Assembly: GCF_963921235.1 (NCBI RefSeq)
Contig: NC_086097.1
Location: 103,170,001 to 103,234,000 of the forward strand
Length of the DNA stretch: 64,000 nt
Source: Mobula hypostoma
Taxonomy: Eukaryota
Direction: 5' to 3'
The translations under genes and the position numbers were made by a program. Below, one piece after another: positions 61,553 to 64,000 of this stretch (positions are counted from its first letter, which is position 1; every line of letters begins with the position of its first letter). The notes under the pieces were generated by a model. It was not told where the DNA came from, ran no database searches, and saw nothing but the letters and a program-made list of their open reading frames with translations.

Positions 61553-64000
61553 GTCATCGAATCACAGGCTCTTCAGCCCATCTAGTCCATGGCAAACTAT
61601 TTAAACTGCTTAGTCCCATCAACCTGCACCCGGATCATAGCCCTCCACTCCCCTCCCATCTATGTACCTATCTAAACTTCTCTTAAACGTTGAAATTGAG
61701 CTCACGTGCACTGCTTGCACTGGCAGCTCATAACCACACTCTCACGACCCTCTGAAGAAGTTTTCTTTGAGTTCCCCTTAAACTTCTTACCTTTCAACTT
61801 TAAGCCATGCCCTCTGGTTGTAGTTCCACCCAACCTTAGTGGAAAAAGCTGTCTTGTATTTACCCTCCCTATACCCAAAATAATTTTGTATACCTCTATC
61901 AAATCTCCTCTCAATCTTCGACGTTCTAAAGAATACTGACCTAACCTATTGGATCTTTCCTTATAACTCATGATCTCCAGTTCCAGCAAAATGCTTATAA
62001 GTTTTCTCTGTACTCTTTCAACCTTATTTACTGTCCATCCTTCCAATAGGTAGGTGACCAAAGCTGCACACAATACTCCAATTTAGGTCTCACCAATGTT
62101 TTATACACCTTCAACATAACAAACGAGAAAATTTACAGATGCTGGAAATCCAAGCAACACACACAAAATGCTGGAGGAACTCAGCAAGCCAGGCAGCATC
62201 TAGGAAAAGAGTACAGCTGACGTTTTGGACTGCAACTCTTCGGCAGGACGAGAGAAAAGAAAGTTGAGGAGTAGATTTAAAAGATGGTGGAAGGGAGAGA
62301 GAAACACAAGGTGATAGGTGAAACCTGTAGGGGGGAGGATGAATTTAAAGAGTTGGGAAGTTAATTGGTGAAAGAGACAGAAGGCCGTGGAAAAAAAAGG
62401 GGGGAGGAGCACCAGAGAAAGTCCATGGGTGGCCAAGGAGATGAGGGAGGAAAAAGGGGATGGGAAATGGTGGAGGGGGGCATTACCTGAAGCTTGAGAA
62501 ATCAATGTTTATGCCATCAGGTTAGAGGCTACCCAAATGGAATATAAGGTGTTGTTCCTCCAATCTAAGTGAGGCTTCATCACAACAGTGGAGGAGGCCA
62601 TGGATGGACATATCAGAATGAGAATAGGAAGTGGAATTAAAATGGGTGGCCACTGGGAAATCTCGCTTGTTTTGGCATGTGGAGTGTAGGTGCTCAGCGA
62701 AGTGGTCTCCTAATCTACATTGGGTGTCATCGATGTGCGGAGAGCACCGAACACCATATATGACCCCAACAGACTCACGGGTGAAGTGTCACCTCACCTG
62801 GAAGAACTGTTTAGGGCCCTGAATGGCAGTGAGGGGGGAGGTGTAGGGACAGGTGTAGCACTTGTTCCGCTTGCAAGGATAAGTGCCAAGAAGGAGATCA
62901 GTGGGGAGGTACAACTGGACAAGAGAGTCGCATAGGGAGTGACCCCTGTGGAAAACAGAAAATGGGGAGGGGAGGGAAAGATGTGCTTGGTGGGGGATCA
63001 ACATAGCATCCCATTTCCTGTACTCAGTACTTTGATTTGTGAAGGCCAGTATGCCAAAAGCTTATCTACCTGTGACTCCACTTTCAGTGAATTAGAGACC
63101 TGTATTCCCAGATCCCTTTGTTCTACCGCACTCCTCGGTGCCTTACAGTTCACAGTGTAAGACCTACCTTTGTTGTTCCTATTGAAGTGCAAAACCTTGC
63201 ACCTGTCTGCATTAAATTCCATCTGCCATTCTTCCAGGTGATCCAGATCCTGCTGCAGGCCCTGAGAGTCTTCCTTGCTGTCCACTACATTCCCAATCTT
63301 GGTGTCAGAAGCAAATCTGCTGATCCAGTTAACCTCATTATCATCCCTGATCACTGATACAGATATCAAACAACAATGGGCCCAGCACCAATCCCTGCAG
63401 CTCTCCACTGACAAAGACCTCCAATCAGAGAGGCAACTATCTACTACCACTCTCTGGCTTCTTGCACAAAGCCAATGTCTAATCCAACTTACTGCCTCAC
63501 CTTGAATGCCAAGGGTCTGAACCTTCATGACCAACTTCCCATGGGGACCTTGTCAAATGCCTTACTAAAGTCCCTGTTGACATTCACTGTCTTGCCTTCA
63601 TCAACTTTTCTTGTAACTTCCTCAAAAGCTCGGTAAGTTTGGTTAGTCACAACCTACCATGCACAAGGCCATGCTGACTATTCCTAATCAGTCCATGTCT
63701 ATCCAAATACTCATATATTCGGCCCCTTAGAATACCTTCCAATAACTTTCCCACTACTGATATTAGGCTCACTGGCCTATAATCTCCCGGTTTATGTTTA
63801 GAGCTTTTGTTGAACAGTGGGGGAAAAAATGACTATCCTCCAATCCCCCAGTACCTCACCTGTTGCTAAGGATGATTTAAATATCTCTGCTAGGGTCCTT
63901 GCAATTTCTGCACTTGCCTCCCATTGACATTCTGATCTTCCAGAGGACCAATTTTGTCCCTTGCAATCCTCTTGCTTTTAATATATCTGTAGAAACCCCT
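61553..64000 (-). mobile_element. Decayed CR1 LINE, interrupted by a PLE, running off the window end
   Basis: ORFs 61702-62073 and 62998-63534 with CR1 RT and C-terminal motifs. Confidence 0.88.
62122..62997 (-). mobile_element. 5'-truncated Penelope-like element nested in CR1
   Basis: GIY-YIG region and pLTR end; TSD TCAACATAACA (62111-62121) / TCAACATAGCA (62998-63008). Confidence 0.87.

Overview
This is eukaryotic, repeat-dense vertebrate DNA. The repeat set (CR1 LINEs, V-domain SINEs, Rex1/Babar LINEs, Penelope-like elements) suggests a cartilaginous fish such as a ray or shark; that assignment is inference. The window lies inside a + strand TTBK2 (tau-tubulin kinase 2) gene. Two internal coding exons are visible (27596-27807 and 36377-36818), with introns of >27 kb, 8.6 kb and >27 kb if no divergent exon was missed. 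Most of the rest is nested mobile DNA: CR1 and Rex1 LINEs, GIY-YIG Penelope-like elements (PLEs) carrying minimal hammerhead ribozymes (several as inverted composites with TSDs), several solo LTRs, SINEs and a Tc1-like MITE. The most notable element is an Academ (XPG-type) DNA transposon at 15227-19558, with TIRs, a 3-bp TSD, and a transposase/XPG-nuclease/Cys8 pseudogene split by a CR1 insertion. There is no CRISPR array, rRNA or real tRNA gene. I found no clearly new biological system. The best leads are the Academ copy, the ribozyme-only mini-insertions, the inverted PLEs and possible alternative processing of TTBK2. All family calls come from motif recognition by eye, not database searches, and repeat boundaries without a TSD are approximate.
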